This document shows positions 25,930 through 37,219 of a stretch of 64,000 nt of DNA, in pieces; position 1 is the first letter of the stretch; the number at the start of each line of letters is the position of its first letter. This DNA comes from an uncultured Acidobacteriota bacterium (GTDB taxonomy: Bacteria > Acidobacteriota > Terriglobia > Acidiferrales > UBA7541): positions 95,400 through 159,399 of the forward strand of contig CAWGFF010000010.1 in assembly GCA_963821765.1 (NCBI GenBank), given 5' to 3'. The position numbers and the translations under genes were made by a program. The notes below the pieces were generated by a model. It made no database searches. It was given only the letters and a program-made list of their open reading frames with translations, and was not told the origin of the DNA.

Positions 25930-28155
25930 ATGAGCAGGCAATTTGATCGCAGGCAAGCATTGAAAGTTGTGGGCGCGACTTGTGCGGCGTTTATTTTGCC
26001 GGGTACCGGATTCGCGGGCGGTGGATTGGGGCCGGCGGAAGAAGATCTGGAGATTCGGATTTCTTCGGTCAGCGCGCATACGTTGCGGTTGAGTATTTTT
26101 TCGGCGAAGGGCAGCGGTGTTGTGCGCGGCGATGGGTCGTTGGTGCAGGAGAGTTGGGACGGGCCAGTGACGAAGTTGAACGGGGAATTTGCGGAGCACG
26201 CTGTGAAAGTGGGCGACCTGACTGTGAAGGTTTCCGCGAGCCCGCTAACGTTCTCGATTGCTGGCGCGGATGACGCGGCGATTCAGCAACTCAAGGTGGA
26301 TCGCGCAAGCGGAATGGTTTCTTTCGCGACGGGAAATTCGCCGTTGCTGGGATTGGGCGAGGGCGGACCGCAATTCGATCGTCGCGGGTCAGTGGACACG
26401 ATGAAGCGCGGGCAAGGCGGCTACAAACTGCAGACGAATGGCGGACGCGTGCCGATTCCTTGGCTGATTGGGACGGCGGGGTGGGCGATGTTTTTTCATT
26501 CGCCGTTCGGGACGTTTGATTTTTCGGGCGAGGAGAGCAAATTCTTGCCTGCGGGGCCGGACGCGGCGTATCCGCTGGACATTTTTTTCGTCGCGGCGCG
26601 GGAGCCGGCGACGATCATGAGCGAGTACGCGCGACTGACGGGTAATGCGGAGCTGCCGCCGCTGTGGAGTTTTGGTTATATGCAATCGCACCGGACGTTG
26701 GGGAGCCCGGAGGAAATACTGGCGGAGGCGAAGACGTTTCGCGAAAAGAAACTGCCGTGCGACGCGATGATTTATCTGGGGACGGGATTTTGTCCGAACG
26801 GGTGGAACACGGAAAACGGCGCGTTCGAATGGAATGCGCGGGCCTTTCCAGATCCGCCGAAGATGCTCGCGGAATTGCACAAGGATAATTTTCGCGCGGT
26901 GGTGCACACCGTGATTTTGACGGACAAGTTGACCGGAAAAGCGCAGGACGCTTGCGACGTGACGAAATATGACGAGACGGAGGCGGGCTGTTATTGGGAC
27001 GCGCACCGCAAAGATTTCGCGATGGGCGTGGATGGATGGTGGCCGGACGAAGGCGATCCGTTGGACATTGCGTCGAGTTTGGTGCGCAACCGGATGTACT
27101 GGGAAGGGCCGCAGATCGACCGGCCGAATGAGCGGCCGTTTGCTTTGCACCGCAATGGATATGCGGGGATGCAACGTTATGCCTCGTTCTTGTGGTCGGG
27201 AGATGTCTATTCCACTTGGGAGACGTTGAAAACGCATTTGCCGATCGCGGTTAACACGGGATTGACCGGCATTCCTTATTGGGGGACGGACATTGGCGGA
27301 TTCGTGCCGACGAAAGAATTCACGGCAGAATTATTCGTGCGCTGGTTTCAGTTTGGCGCGTTCTGCACGTTGTTTCGTTCGCACGGGCGCGCTTGGAAAT
27401 TACGGCTGCCTTGGGGTTGGAACACGGGCGATACGGGGCCGGCGGAAATACGAAATTATGGGGGCGCGGCGCTGCCGGATGAAAGCCAACTGCATAATCC
27501 GCAGGTGGAAATAATTTGCAGGAAATATCTGGAGCTGCGTTACCGGATGCTGCCGTACATCTATAGCGCGGTGCGGGAATGCACCCTGACGGGGATGCCG
27601 GTGATGCGGTCTTTGTGGCTGCATTATCCGGATGATCCCGCGGCGGTGGCGCGTGGCGACGAATATTTGTGGGGCCGAGATATTTTGGTGGCGCCGGTGG
27701 TGGAGCAGGGCGCGGCTTCGCGGGCGATTTACTTGCCGCGCGGGGATTGGTGGGATTTCTGGAGTGGGGAACGCGTGAAGGGCGGGAGGGAAATCACGCG
27801 GGCCGTGGACTTGGAGACGACTCCTTTGTACGTGCGGGCTGGGGCGATTGTACCGATGGGGCCGGTGAAGCAATTTACGGATGAGAAGGTGGAGGGGCCG
27901 CTTTCGATTTCTGTTTATGCGGGAGCGGACGCGTCGTTTTTGTTGTACGAGGACGATGGGAATTCTTTTAACTACCGGAAGGGCGAGTGGATGGGGATTC
28001 AAATGCGGTGGAATGATGCGCGGAGGGTCTTGAAATTGGAATTGGCTGAGGGATCGCGGATGTTGGCGCCGGGGCGTCGTGAGATTGAAGTGAAGGTGGG
28101 TTCGACCGTGAAGAAGGTGGCGTTCGAGGGGAAGGCGGTGGAAGTGGCGATTTAA
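25930..28155 (+). CDS. glycoside hydrolase family 31 (alpha-glucosidase/alpha-xylosidase type), Tat-exported
   Basis: Tat motif SRQFDRRQALKVVGA. GVDGWWPDEGDP (nucleophile region) and FCTLFRSHG. Confidence 0.8.
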   Translation: MSRQFDRRQALKVVGATCAAFILPGTGFAGGGLGPAEEDLEIRISSVSAHTLRLSIFSAKGSGVVRGDGSLVQESWDGPVTKLNGEFAEHAVKVGDLTVKVSASPLTFSIAGADDAAIQQLKVDRASGMVSFATGNSPLLGLGEGGPQFDRRGSVDTMKRGQGGYKLQTNGGRVPIPWLIGTAGWAMFFHSPFGTFDFSGEESKFLPAGPDAAYPLDIFFVAAREPATIMSEYARLTGNAELPPLWSFGYMQSHRTLGSPEEILAEAKTFREKKLPCDAMIYLGTGFCPNGWNTENGAFEWNARAFPDPPKMLAELHKDNFRAVVHTVILTDKLTGKAQDACDVTKYDETEAGCYWDAHRKDFAMGVDGWWPDEGDPLDIASSLVRNRMYWEGPQIDRPNERPFALHRNGYAGMQRYASFLWSGDVYSTWETLKTHLPIAVNTGLTGIPYWGTDIGGFVPTKEFTAELFVRWFQFGAFCTLFRSHGRAWKLRLPWGWNTGDTGPAEIRNYGGAALPDESQLHNPQVEIICRKYLELRYRMLPYIYSAVRECTLTGMPVMRSLWLHYPDDPAAVARGDEYLWGRDILVAPVVEQGAASRAIYLPRGDWWDFWSGERVKGGREITRAVDLETTPLYVRAGAIVPMGPVKQFTDEKVEGPLSISVYAGADASFLLYEDDGNSFNYRKGEWMGIQMRWNDARRVLKLELAEGSRMLAPGRREIEVKVGSTVKKVAFEGKAVEVAI

Positions 28156-28209
28156 GTTGGTTTTCGATTCGGCGAGTGCTGAGTGGTTCGGTTGATTCGG
28201 GGGTGACGG

Positions 28210-30573
28210 ATGGATCGGCGAGAATTTCTGCGGGATTTGGGAGTGACGACTGCGGCGCTGGGGTATGTGGCGACTGGGGAGCGAGTCGCAGCTGCTGAGC
28301 GGGCAAAGGCGGCAATGTTTGATCCGACGATGGAGTCGGGTCTGAACTCGGGAGCGGCACCGGACGTTGCGGGTCACACTTTAGTTTGCGAATTCAAAAT
28401 TGGCGCGACTGGGTGGAAGGTTTACGAAGATTTGCGAGCGCGCGACGGGGCGATCACTTTTATTTCTGCGGCGGGAGCGTCGCGAGTTTTGCCGAAGAGC
28501 ACGGAGGCGACTTTCGCGGAAACTGATCCGCCATATTTGGGATTGAAGCTGGCGGACATTGGAATGGCCGGGCCGGATTTACTGGCAGACAAGCTTTTGC
28601 AGCATGGCGATCCGGATCCGGAGCAGGTGAAATCGGCGGCGCCGCCGCAGGGCACGGCGAAGGAGGAATCGCGCTGGCGATTGCCGTGGAATACATTTGT
28701 GGGAACGAAAGAATGCGCGGACACGATGCCGGTTTTTCCCGCGGGAAACACCAGGACTTACCATCCGGCGCAATATTTTCCGGAGATTACGAATGACGCG
28801 GCGAAAAAAAGATTTGAAGGGTTGATTGGCGGCTGGATGCCGGCGGTGCGCAAGGTGATGCCGAGTTCCGATGGCGCGTATGTGGAAGTGGTGGTGTTTG
28901 GAGACGTGGAGGCGCGCGACCGGTTCATCGTGCAGACCTGGCACCGCACGATGCGTGTGGAAAACGGGAAAGTGGCGATGGTGGTGTACGGGTACAGCTA
29001 TCCCGCATTTCCTCCCACGCGGGAAGATCCGAGCGCGGAGGAATTTCATCGCGCGCTGCTGGTGTTTGCGGCGTACTGGGAAAAACAGCTGCAGGATTTT
29101 GCGCCGGCTGCTTTGCCGGATGGCGCATGGGTGGATATGGCGAAGCACGCGTTCGCTAAGGAATTGATGGTACGGCCGGGCGGAGTGTATCCGAAGTATG
29201 GCGCGGTGGATCGCGATTATTACGGGCCGGAATACGACGGGTTCCAGGATATTTTCACGATGGCGGTGTATGCGAATCTGGAGTGGGGGCGATTCGATGC
29301 GGCGCGGGAGATTATTGATAATTATTTGACGGATTTCACGGACGCGAAGGGAATGATCAACATGCGCGGGCCGGAGACGGCGCAGTTCGGGCTGACGCTT
29401 TTCTTGCTGGCGCGTTATTTCCAATACACACAGGATGCGGCGCTGCTGGTGAAGCATCGCGAGAAGATTGTGGCGACGGCGGCGATTTTGACGGAGTTAC
29501 ATGATGAGAGTTTGAAATTGCCGAAGGATGACGTGGGTTACGGGATTATTCACGGGTGGAGCGAGTCGGATTCGTGTTTGCATCCCAAGCCGATGACTTG
29601 GTGGCTGCCTTATTTTGCGAACAACGCGTTTGCGGCGCGGGGATTGAAGGATATCGGCGGAGTGTGGCCGGCGATTCGGCCGGGCGAGGGAGTTGCGGCG
29701 GCAGCCTGGTTGAAGCGCAGCAAGGATTTGCAGGACGCGGTGATTGCGAGCATGCAGAAAAACGTGCGGCGCGACGTGACGCCAGCGTATATCGGACCTT
29801 TGCCGGGTACGACTTTGATGTTTCGCGAATCGCTGGAAAAAGAGTATCCCAGCCCGCAGCAGTGGGTGCATCGCGCTTATGCGGAGTTGCTGCAGCCGGA
29901 CGTGTTGCCCGCGGATTTGGCGAACACGGTGATTGATTGCATGCGGGCCTATGGCGGAACGACTTTGGGGGTGGTGGCGAATATTGAGCGGCCGCATCCG
30001 GAGGGTCGCGACATTCTGGGATTTATTTCGTATGGATACGCGCAGATGCTTTTGCGGTTGGATCGCGTGGAGGAGTATTTGCTGTTTCTTTACGCGCATC
30101 GTTATCACGATCACACGCGGGGGAGTTGGACGGCGGGCGAAGTTTCGGGAGTGGACGGCGATACCGCGCTATTTTGCATTCCGGCGCAGCAGACGATTCC
30201 TCTATTGGTGAGGTGGATGCTGGTGCTGGAGGATTCGGACGAGGACAGAATTTATTTTGGGAAGGGATTGCCGCGGGAGTGGGTGGCGTCGGGGAAAGAG
30301 ATACGGATTGAGGGCGCGCCGACGCGGTTTGGGAGGGTGAGTTTCAGTATGGCGGCGGATCGTGCTTCGCGAAAAGTGAATGCCAAAATTGATTTGATGA
30401 AGGCTGGCGGAGTGAAGGAAGTGCATTTGAAATTGCGGATGCCATCGGCGAACACGGTGCGGCGTGTGACAGTGAATGGGCGAGTGGTGGAGTTGGGTGG
30501 CGCCACTCGGGATACGGTGATTTTTCTGACGGACGGGGAAGAGCGGTTTGAGGTGGTTGGGGAATTTAGTTGA
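28210..30573 (+). CDS. uncharacterised Tat-exported 787-aa protein (possible alpha/alpha-barrel glycoside hydrolase; function unknown)
   Basis: Tat motif MDRREFLRDLGVTTAAL. Starts 54 bp after GH31 on the same strand. I recognise no family signature. Confidence 0.6.
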   Translation: MDRREFLRDLGVTTAALGYVATGERVAAAERAKAAMFDPTMESGLNSGAAPDVAGHTLVCEFKIGATGWKVYEDLRARDGAITFISAAGASRVLPKSTEATFAETDPPYLGLKLADIGMAGPDLLADKLLQHGDPDPEQVKSAAPPQGTAKEESRWRLPWNTFVGTKECADTMPVFPAGNTRTYHPAQYFPEITNDAAKKRFEGLIGGWMPAVRKVMPSSDGAYVEVVVFGDVEARDRFIVQTWHRTMRVENGKVAMVVYGYSYPAFPPTREDPSAEEFHRALLVFAAYWEKQLQDFAPAALPDGAWVDMAKHAFAKELMVRPGGVYPKYGAVDRDYYGPEYDGFQDIFTMAVYANLEWGRFDAAREIIDNYLTDFTDAKGMINMRGPETAQFGLTLFLLARYFQYTQDAALLVKHREKIVATAAILTELHDESLKLPKDDVGYGIIHGWSESDSCLHPKPMTWWLPYFANNAFAARGLKDIGGVWPAIRPGEGVAAAAWLKRSKDLQDAVIASMQKNVRRDVTPAYIGPLPGTTLMFRESLEKEYPSPQQWVHRAYAELLQPDVLPADLANTVIDCMRAYGGTTLGVVANIERPHPEGRDILGFISYGYAQMLLRLDRVEEYLLFLYAHRYHDHTRGSWTAGEVSGVDGDTALFCIPAQQTIPLLVRWMLVLEDSDEDRIYFGKGLPREWVASGKEIRIEGAPTRFGRVSFSMAADRASRKVNAKIDLMKAGGVKEVHLKLRMPSANTVRRVTVNGRVVELGGATRDTVIFLTDGEERFEVVGEFS

Positions 30574-30627
30574 GTTGAGCGATCGTGGCGCGGGCAACAG
30601 TGCGTTGAGGGCAATTAAGGAAGGTCC

Positions 30628-32412
30628 ATGACTGACAAAATGTCGCGCAGGGAATTGTTGAAGACGAGTATGGTTGCGGGCGCTTCGTCCGTGGTGCTGC
30701 GGAAATTGGATGTGGGATTGCAGCCTGAAGCGGCTCCGGAACCGCTCCCAGCCGCTGCTGATGGAGAGATCGTGGCGTTGAATTGCAACGATGGCGTGTA
30801 TGTGCCGCCGCGTGGGGAGAGTTTCTTCAAGTTTGGGTTTGATTTTCCGGAGCCTTCGGTGGCGTTTCAGGGGCTTCTGTTCTCCTTCCGGTTGCACACG
30901 TTTGAGGATTGCTACGGAATGGACCGCGCAAGCATGACGGTGGGAAAAACCGCAGATGGCTTTGAAATGCACTGCTCGCAATTGGTTTGGGCCGGCGATC
31001 AGATGAAAGCGCCAGGGTTGGTGGTGGCGCGAGTGCGGAAGAACGGGGATTATTTCGAGTGGAATGTGACGGCGGAGACGGACCGGCCGATCAAATCAGT
31101 GACTTCGATCGTGCGGGGAGTGCCGCGGGGGCAGGTATCCGTCTCGTGTAACAAGTTTTTCGATCCGAAAGATAACGAGATATCGGTGGAACATCCTTAT
31201 CTTTTTGGCGGGATGACCACACCTTTGGTGGTGATACAGAAAGGCAGCGGGGATTTCTTCTATCTTTCGGCGCGGGACGAGCAGGTGCGGGCGACGCGAT
31301 TTTATATGCAGCCGGGGGATGATGGTTATCGCGTCGAGCTGATTTACGAGGGCGGAGGCTGGGAAAAAAGCAACAAATTGGATAGCGCGACGTGGCGCGT
31401 GGGGCGCGCGGCAAGCATGGACGCGGCTTCGCGGATGCATTTCGAACATGTAGAGCAGGCTTTTCAGATTCCGGATTGGGAGAAGAGGACGGATGTGCCG
31501 GAGTGGTTCCGGGAAATTGCCCTGGTGCTTTCGATTCACGGTATGCACTGGAGCGGATACATTTATAACGACTACGCGAAAATTGGGAAGACACTGGAGT
31601 GGGCCGCGACGCAAATCCCCGCGAAGAACGTGCTGGTTTTTCTTCCGGCGTGGGATGGGCGCTACTACTGGAATTATCCGTTATACAAGGCCGACCCGCG
31701 ATTGGGAGGCGAGGAGGGATTTCGCGCGCTGATCGAGCAAGGGCAGAAGCTGGGATTCCGGATGATGCCGATGTTTGGCGCGAATGTGGCGAACCGGAAG
31801 TTTCCCATGTACGCGAAAGTGGCGAATGCACAGACGGTGCGGATTGACGGCGACGATTTCGCGAATGATTGGGTGGACATGGATAACGACCGGAGCAACG
31901 ATGGCTGGGGTTCGTTCATGAATCTGGCCGTTCCTTCCTGGCGAGAATATCTGGCGGGGCGGATTTCGGAAGTGATTGAGCAATACCATGTGGATGCATA
32001 TTTTTTGGATATTGCGGGAGCGTGGATCAATAATTTGAGCGGCGGAATGTATGAAGGGACCGTGGAATTGGTGAAGGAATTGCGGGCGAAATTTCCGGGA
32101 GTGCTGGCGGTGGGGGAGATGCATTACGACGCGCTGATGTCGTGCATTCCGGTGTACCAGGTGCCGCGGTCGCCTGCTTATCCGGCGGCTTTGACCAAAT
32201 ATGCGCGATCGTTTGAGCATTTGAGCAGGCCGGCGCCGGGACGGGGGAGCACGGGCGTGCATGAGGATGGATTTCAGAAATTCAAGCCGACGATGCCGGA
32301 GGAGAAGCACACGATTCCGACGATTACTGTAGTTGATGATACATTCGCGAAATATCGTGATGTGATGGTCGAGGTGATTGCCGCGGCTAAGGTGCGGGCG
32401 GGGATTTCGTGA
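30628..32412 (+). CDS. uncharacterised Tat-exported 594-aa protein (possible TIM-barrel glycosidase-like; function unknown)
   Basis: AAGGAAGG RBS. Tat motif SRRELLKTSMVAGA. Starts 54 bp after the previous gene. I recognise no family signature. Confidence 0.6.
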   Translation: MTDKMSRRELLKTSMVAGASSVVLRKLDVGLQPEAAPEPLPAAADGEIVALNCNDGVYVPPRGESFFKFGFDFPEPSVAFQGLLFSFRLHTFEDCYGMDRASMTVGKTADGFEMHCSQLVWAGDQMKAPGLVVARVRKNGDYFEWNVTAETDRPIKSVTSIVRGVPRGQVSVSCNKFFDPKDNEISVEHPYLFGGMTTPLVVIQKGSGDFFYLSARDEQVRATRFYMQPGDDGYRVELIYEGGGWEKSNKLDSATWRVGRAASMDAASRMHFEHVEQAFQIPDWEKRTDVPEWFREIALVLSIHGMHWSGYIYNDYAKIGKTLEWAATQIPAKNVLVFLPAWDGRYYWNYPLYKADPRLGGEEGFRALIEQGQKLGFRMMPMFGANVANRKFPMYAKVANAQTVRIDGDDFANDWVDMDNDRSNDGWGSFMNLAVPSWREYLAGRISEVIEQYHVDAYFLDIAGAWINNLSGGMYEGTVELVKELRAKFPGVLAVGEMHYDALMSCIPVYQVPRSPAYPAALTKYARSFEHLSRPAPGRGSTGVHEDGFQKFKPTMPEEKHTIPTITVVDDTFAKYRDVMVEVIAAAKVRAGIS

Positions 32413-32523
32413 ATTCTGAAAAAGCTTGAGATGATTCCTTCCGATCGAGATTAGGAGTTTACGCCCGGTTTGAATTTGGCGTTAGGCGTGGCGGCGCATC
32501 GCGTTTCAATCTATAGTCAATTC

Positions 32524-33516
32524 ATGATCAGACTGACCGTTGTGTCGATTACCGCGTTTTTGATTGTGGGATTTTTGGCGCGACCTTGCGTAGCTCAGGT
32601 GCAGGCACCTGCCTCGTCTGCGTTACCCGGTGCGTCGCAGACGGCGAAGGGCGCGGGTGTTGCGGATGTTTCCGCGACCGCTCAGCAGGGGATTGCCTTG
32701 GCGGAGAAGGGGCGGTGCCGGGAAGCTCTGCCAATGCTGAAGAAAGCCATTCCGCATTTGAGCGACAAGCAATTGAAATTTGAGGCTTCCATGGCTAGCG
32801 TGCGATGCGCCATGAGTCTGAATCAGCCGGAGACGACCGCGGACACTTTGCTGTTGCTGAATCGTGAGTATCCGCACAATCCTGAAGTGCTGTATGTGAC
32901 GGTTCATTATTTCTCGGAGTTGGCGAATCGGGCCGAGCAGGATTTGGTGACCTCAGCTCCAGGATCTTATCAGGTGCACAAGCTGGATGCGGAGGGTTTG
33001 GAGTCGCAGGAAAAATGGGACGAGGCGGCGGCGGAATACCGGAAAATTCTGGAGGAAAATCCGAAATTGCCGGAGATTCACTATCGTCTGGGGCGTATTT
33101 TGCTTTCGAAGCAGCCGCCGGCGGTGGAAGAGGCGAGGAAGGAATTCGAGGCGGAGCTGGCGGTTGAGCCTTCGAATGCGGCGGCGGAATTTATGTTGGG
33201 AGATATTGCACGGCAGGCGCAGCAATGGGAGGAGGCGATCGCACGTTTTTCGCGGGCGATAAAGCTGGATCCTGGGTTTGAGGAAGCGTATCTGGGATTG
33301 GGAATGGCGTTGAATGCTTCGGGAAAATACTCGGAAGCAGTGGGGCCGCTCGATTCATACGTAAAGATGGAGGCGGCGGATCCGGCGGGGCATTATCAGC
33401 TTTCGATCGCGTATGCGAAGTTGGGGCGGAAGGAAGACGCGGCGCGGGAGATGGCTTTACAGAGGAAAGCGGAGATTAAGGCGCAGGCGCAGGAAGGGTC
33501 GGAGAGGCCGCAGTAA
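32524..33516 (+). CDS. secreted TPR-repeat protein
   Basis: ATG 32524 (MIRLTVVSITAFLIVGFLARPCVAQ). TPR-like A..Y..AL...P....A...LG periodicity. Confidence 0.75.
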   Translation: MIRLTVVSITAFLIVGFLARPCVAQVQAPASSALPGASQTAKGAGVADVSATAQQGIALAEKGRCREALPMLKKAIPHLSDKQLKFEASMASVRCAMSLNQPETTADTLLLLNREYPHNPEVLYVTVHYFSELANRAEQDLVTSAPGSYQVHKLDAEGLESQEKWDEAAAEYRKILEENPKLPEIHYRLGRILLSKQPPAVEEARKEFEAELAVEPSNAAAEFMLGDIARQAQQWEEAIARFSRAIKLDPGFEEAYLGLGMALNASGKYSEAVGPLDSYVKMEAADPAGHYQLSIAYAKLGRKEDAAREMALQRKAEIKAQAQEGSERPQ

Positions 33517-33664
33517 GTCAAAGGATTTTACACAGAGAATACGGAGGAACGGCGGAGGTAAATCCCAGCAGGCAGGGAGATTTACCGCCGCGACGCAGGG
33601 GGCGAAGAGACAGGCAACAGCAACGGCCAAGAGCCGGCGGGACGCCAGCGCTACGAACCGCGCG
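33516..33664 (+). repeat. composite intergenic repeat filling a convergent gap
   Basis: agtcaaagg...cacagagaatacggaggaacggcggaggtaaatccc/agggagatttaccgccg (long imperfect hairpin) ...gagccggcgggacgccagcgctacgaa. Confidence 0.55.
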
Positions 33665-35398
33665 CTACTTCCAGTTTTTCTGGCCTTCTGTGATGGTGAT
33701 GTAGCGATCAATTGGGATGTCGGAGAAACGCTGTTTTGCGCCGCTGGGTTGCGGCCATTGAATTTCCAGCCAATCAATTTTTGTGCGTTGGCCAATTCCT
33801 AACACAATTCGAGGGTCGTGGGCTGCGAGGTAGCTGCCGCCGCCTACTTTAGTGTGGGTGCGTTGGAGATTGCCGGAGCTGTAGGTGATTTTGGCGCCTA
33901 CTGCGTCAATGTTGGATTTGCTTCCGATGAGGCGGAGGCCGAGCCAGTGGTTTTGGCGTCCGGCATTGTTGCGGAGGAGCACCGGCGCGCCGTTGTTCGT
34001 TGCGATCAGGACATCAACCGAGCCGTCGTTATCGAAATCGCCCAGGGCCATTCCGCGGGCCGCGAGCGATTTGGAAAAAATGGGGCCGCTTTCCAGGCTG
34101 ACATTTTTGAAGCCGTTGGGCGTGTTGCGGAAGAGGAGCAGCGGTTCGCGATAGGTGACGTGCTCGACGCGTTTTTCGACGCCGTCATCGGGATGCCCGT
34201 TGCAGAGGAAGAGGTCGAGGTCGCCGTCGTTGTCGTAATCGAAAAATTTCAGGCCCCAGCCGCTCATGTACTGGGTGGTGGGGCCGATCCCGGTGGGAAT
34301 GGAAACGTCGTTAAAGGTTTCGTCCTTGTTATTGTGATAGAGCGCGTACATCTCCTGGTCCACGTTGGCGACGAAAAGATCGAGAAAACCGTCCTGGTCG
34401 TAATCGGCGGCATCCACGCCCATGCCGGAACGGGCGCGGCCGAAAGTGTTGTAGCCGACACCTGCTAGTAAACCGATTTCTTCGAAGCCTTTTTTGCCGC
34501 GGTTGGCGAAAAGAAAATTCGCCACGGTGTCGTTGCCGACAAAGAGATCCATCCATCCGTCGTTGTTGATGTCGGCAGCGACTACTCCCCAGGCTTTTCC
34601 TAGCGCAGCCGCAATTCCGGATTCTTTGCTGACGTCGGTGAACGTGCCGTCGCCATTGTTGTGGAAGAGGTAGCTGGGTTCGGGGCCGTAAACATTTGGC
34701 TTGCAGTACCAGCGTTCGCCGGTGATGGTGTTACCGCAAAATTTATTTTTGGATTTGTCGAAATCCACAAAGCGGCAGACGAATAGGTCGAGGCGGCCGT
34801 CGTTGTCATAATCAAACCAGACGGCGCTGCTGCCCCAGCCGGGAGCGGCGACGCCGGCTTTCGCGGTGACGTCGGTAAAAGTGCCGTCGCCATTATTGTG
34901 ATAGAGGATGCTGCGCGGATATTGCGTGACGTAGAGATCGGGGAAACCGTCGGCATCGTAATCTCCGACGGCGACGCCCATGCCGTAGGCATTGCCGAGG
35001 ACTCCGGCCTTTTCGGTGACGTCAGTAAACGTGCCGTCGCGATTATTGCGGTAGAGCGCGTTGCGCAGAGGTTGCGGCGGGGTGTAGAAATCGCAAGGGC
35101 CGCTGTTGACGAGGTAGATGTCCATCCAGCCGTCGTTATCGTAATCGAGGAAGCCGCAGCCGGCGCCCACGGTTTCGGGGAGATACCATTCGGGGGAGCG
35201 GCCGTTGGTGTGGGTCCAGTTGATTTTCGTGCCGGAGTTAGGCATTTCTTCGAAGGCGGGGAGGGAATTTGCGGACGGTGGCGATTGAAAGAGACGCGAG
35301 CGATTCGCGGCGAAGTTGCTGAGACCTGAGGCGGCCAGTAATTGCAAGAAACGGCGGCGGGGGAGCGAATTCCAGCGGCCGTCTCCACCTCTCGACAT
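33665..35398 (-). CDS. CRTAC1-family protein (FG-GAP/VCBS repeats + ASPIC/UnbV C-domain), paralog 1
   Basis: Repeated DYDNDGxxDL[FY]V and [11 protein letters not shown] motifs. C-terminal GAKITY...[17 protein letters not shown]. Tat-like [13 protein letters not shown]. Confidence 0.85.
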   Translation of the reverse strand: MSRGGDGRWNSLPRRRFLQLLAASGLSNFAANRSRLFQSPPSANSLPAFEEMPNSGTKINWTHTNGRSPEWYLPETVGAGCGFLDYDNDGWMDIYLVNSGPCDFYTPPQPLRNALYRNNRDGTFTDVTEKAGVLGNAYGMGVAVGDYDADGFPDLYVTQYPRSILYHNNGDGTFTDVTAKAGVAAPGWGSSAVWFDYDNDGRLDLFVCRFVDFDKSKNKFCGNTITGERWYCKPNVYGPEPSYLFHNNGDGTFTDVSKESGIAAALGKAWGVVAADINNDGWMDLFVGNDTVANFLFANRGKKGFEEIGLLAGVGYNTFGRARSGMGVDAADYDQDGFLDLFVANVDQEMYALYHNNKDETFNDVSIPTGIGPTTQYMSGWGLKFFDYDNDGDLDLFLCNGHPDDGVEKRVEHVTYREPLLLFRNTPNGFKNVSLESGPIFSKSLAARGMALGDFDNDGSVDVLIATNNGAPVLLRNNAGRQNHWLGLRLIGSKSNIDAVGAKITYSSGNLQRTHTKVGGGSYLAAHDPRIVLGIGQRTKIDWLEIQWPQPSGAKQRFSDIPIDRYITITEGQKNWK

Positions 35399-35449
35399 GC
35401 AGCGAGCCTCCTAATTCGAACTCGAGCCTGACAACGTTGCAGATTGCTG

Positions 35450-37219
35450 TTACTGATGCGCGACGATTCCCGCGCCTTCTTTTATTATGATGATTCTGTT
35501 GGCTGAAATATTTTTTAATTCTTGCTGGAGGCCGCCGGGCCAGCGGATCTGCAGGCTGTCAATTTGGGTGGCGGGGCCAACGCCGAAGTGCAGGCGAAAA
35601 TCGCTTTGGGAAATGTAGCTGCCGCCGCTGCGGACTTCCTGGATTTGCTGATGGCCGGCGGCGCGCAGAGTGACGCGAGCGCCGATGGCGTCGCGATTGG
35701 ATTTTGTGCCAATCAGTTTTACGGCGAGCCAGTTTCCCTGGGGGGCGTCATTTTTCAGGAGGCTGGGGGCGTCGTAGCTATTGTTGACGAGAAGCTCGAC
35801 GTTGCCGTCGTTGCGAAAATCGGCGGCGGCCAGGCCGTGGCTGTTGGAAAGTTTGGTGATGGCAGGGCCGGCGTCGAGCGAAACGTCTTTAAACTTACCG
35901 TTGTGCTCATTCCAATAAACTAATTTTCGCTCGCGAAAAGAGCTAGGCAGGCCTTTTCCGTCAATTTCCGGATAGACGTGGCCATTGACGATGAAAATAT
36001 CGGGCCAACCGTCGTTATCTACGTCCACGAATAGAGCGCCCCAGCCGAGAAACTCTACATTGCCGCCGAGGCCGGCCTGAAGAGTCGCGTCGGTGAACGT
36101 GCCGTCTTGGTTGTTGCGGTAAAGAGTGGAGCTGTCGTCGGAAAAATTTGTTTTGATGATGTCGAGCCAGCCGTCGCCGTCGTAATCGCCGGCGTCCACG
36201 CCCATGCCGGCTTGTGTGTGGCCGTCTTCGTTGTAAGCGACGCCGGCGCCAAGAGCTGTATCGGTGAAGGAGCCGTCACGATTATTGTGAAAAAACAGAT
36301 TGGGAGAGGAATCGCAGGAGACGTAGATGTCGGGCCAGCCATTATTTTCAAAATCGGCGGTGAGGGGAGTGAAGCAGTAGTGCGGGACGTTGTCTTTCAG
36401 AATTAATTTATCGGACACGTCGGTGAAGGTGCCGTCGCCATTATTGTGATAGAGCTCGTTGCGTGCGCCTTTCAGGCCCATGGGGCCGCAGAAGACGGGC
36501 TGCCCTTTCCAATCGCAGGCGGAGGCGGTGGAAGGATCGTGGAGTTGCGCGGCGTCGAAATCAACGTAGCGGGCGACAAAAAGATCTAGATGGCCGTCGC
36601 GATCGTAATCCACGAAGGAGCAGCCGGTGTTCCAGCGGACGTCTTCGTGCGCGAGCCCCGATTTTTTGGTGGCGTCGGTGAATGTGCCATCGCCATTATT
36701 GTGGAGGAGAACGTTGTGTCCCCAGAAAGTGACGAAGAGATCGGTGAAGCCATCGTTATCGTAATCGCCGGCGCAGACGCCCTGGCCCCATCCGGGGAGC
36801 GCGACGCCGGCTTTTTGGGTGACGTCGCTGAACGTGCCGTCGCGATTATTGTGATAGAGGTGGCTGGTGGGTTCGTGGCCCCTGGGGAAACCTTCGAGGG
36901 TGCTGCCGTTGACTAAAAACATATCGGGCCAGCCGTCGTTATCGTAATCAATGACGGCGGCGCCCGTGCCGGTGCTTTCGATGATGTATTTTTTGACGTG
37001 GTCGCCGCCGTATTCGGTGCGCGCGGTTAGGCCGGCTTGCGCGGCGATATCCACGAAATGGATTTTCGGGGGCGCGGGCGTGGTGGCCTGTTGAATTGCG
37101 GTAGCGGCGGGCTGTTGCTGCCGCCGTTGTTCTTGCGAGAAGGCCGGAGTGGGCGCAAGGGCGCACAGCTCAACAAGCACGGCGAACGCGATGATTTTTG
37201 CGGTGGAGGGGATGGGCAT
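35450..37219 (-). CDS. CRTAC1-family protein, paralog 2
   Basis: Same repeat architecture. C-terminal GARVTLRA...GGSYISQSDFRLHFGVG. Sec-type signal peptide. Confidence 0.85.
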   Translation of the reverse strand: MPIPSTAKIIAFAVLVELCALAPTPAFSQEQRRQQQPAATAIQQATTPAPPKIHFVDIAAQAGLTARTEYGGDHVKKYIIESTGTGAAVIDYDNDGWPDMFLVNGSTLEGFPRGHEPTSHLYHNNRDGTFSDVTQKAGVALPGWGQGVCAGDYDNDGFTDLFVTFWGHNVLLHNNGDGTFTDATKKSGLAHEDVRWNTGCSFVDYDRDGHLDLFVARYVDFDAAQLHDPSTASACDWKGQPVFCGPMGLKGARNELYHNNGDGTFTDVSDKLILKDNVPHYCFTPLTADFENNGWPDIYVSCDSSPNLFFHNNRDGSFTDTALGAGVAYNEDGHTQAGMGVDAGDYDGDGWLDIIKTNFSDDSSTLYRNNQDGTFTDATLQAGLGGNVEFLGWGALFVDVDNDGWPDIFIVNGHVYPEIDGKGLPSSFRERKLVYWNEHNGKFKDVSLDAGPAITKLSNSHGLAAADFRNDGNVELLVNNSYDAPSLLKNDAPQGNWLAVKLIGTKSNRDAIGARVTLRAAGHQQIQEVRSGGSYISQSDFRLHFGVGPATQIDSLQIRWPGGLQQELKNISANRIIIIKEGAGIVAHQ

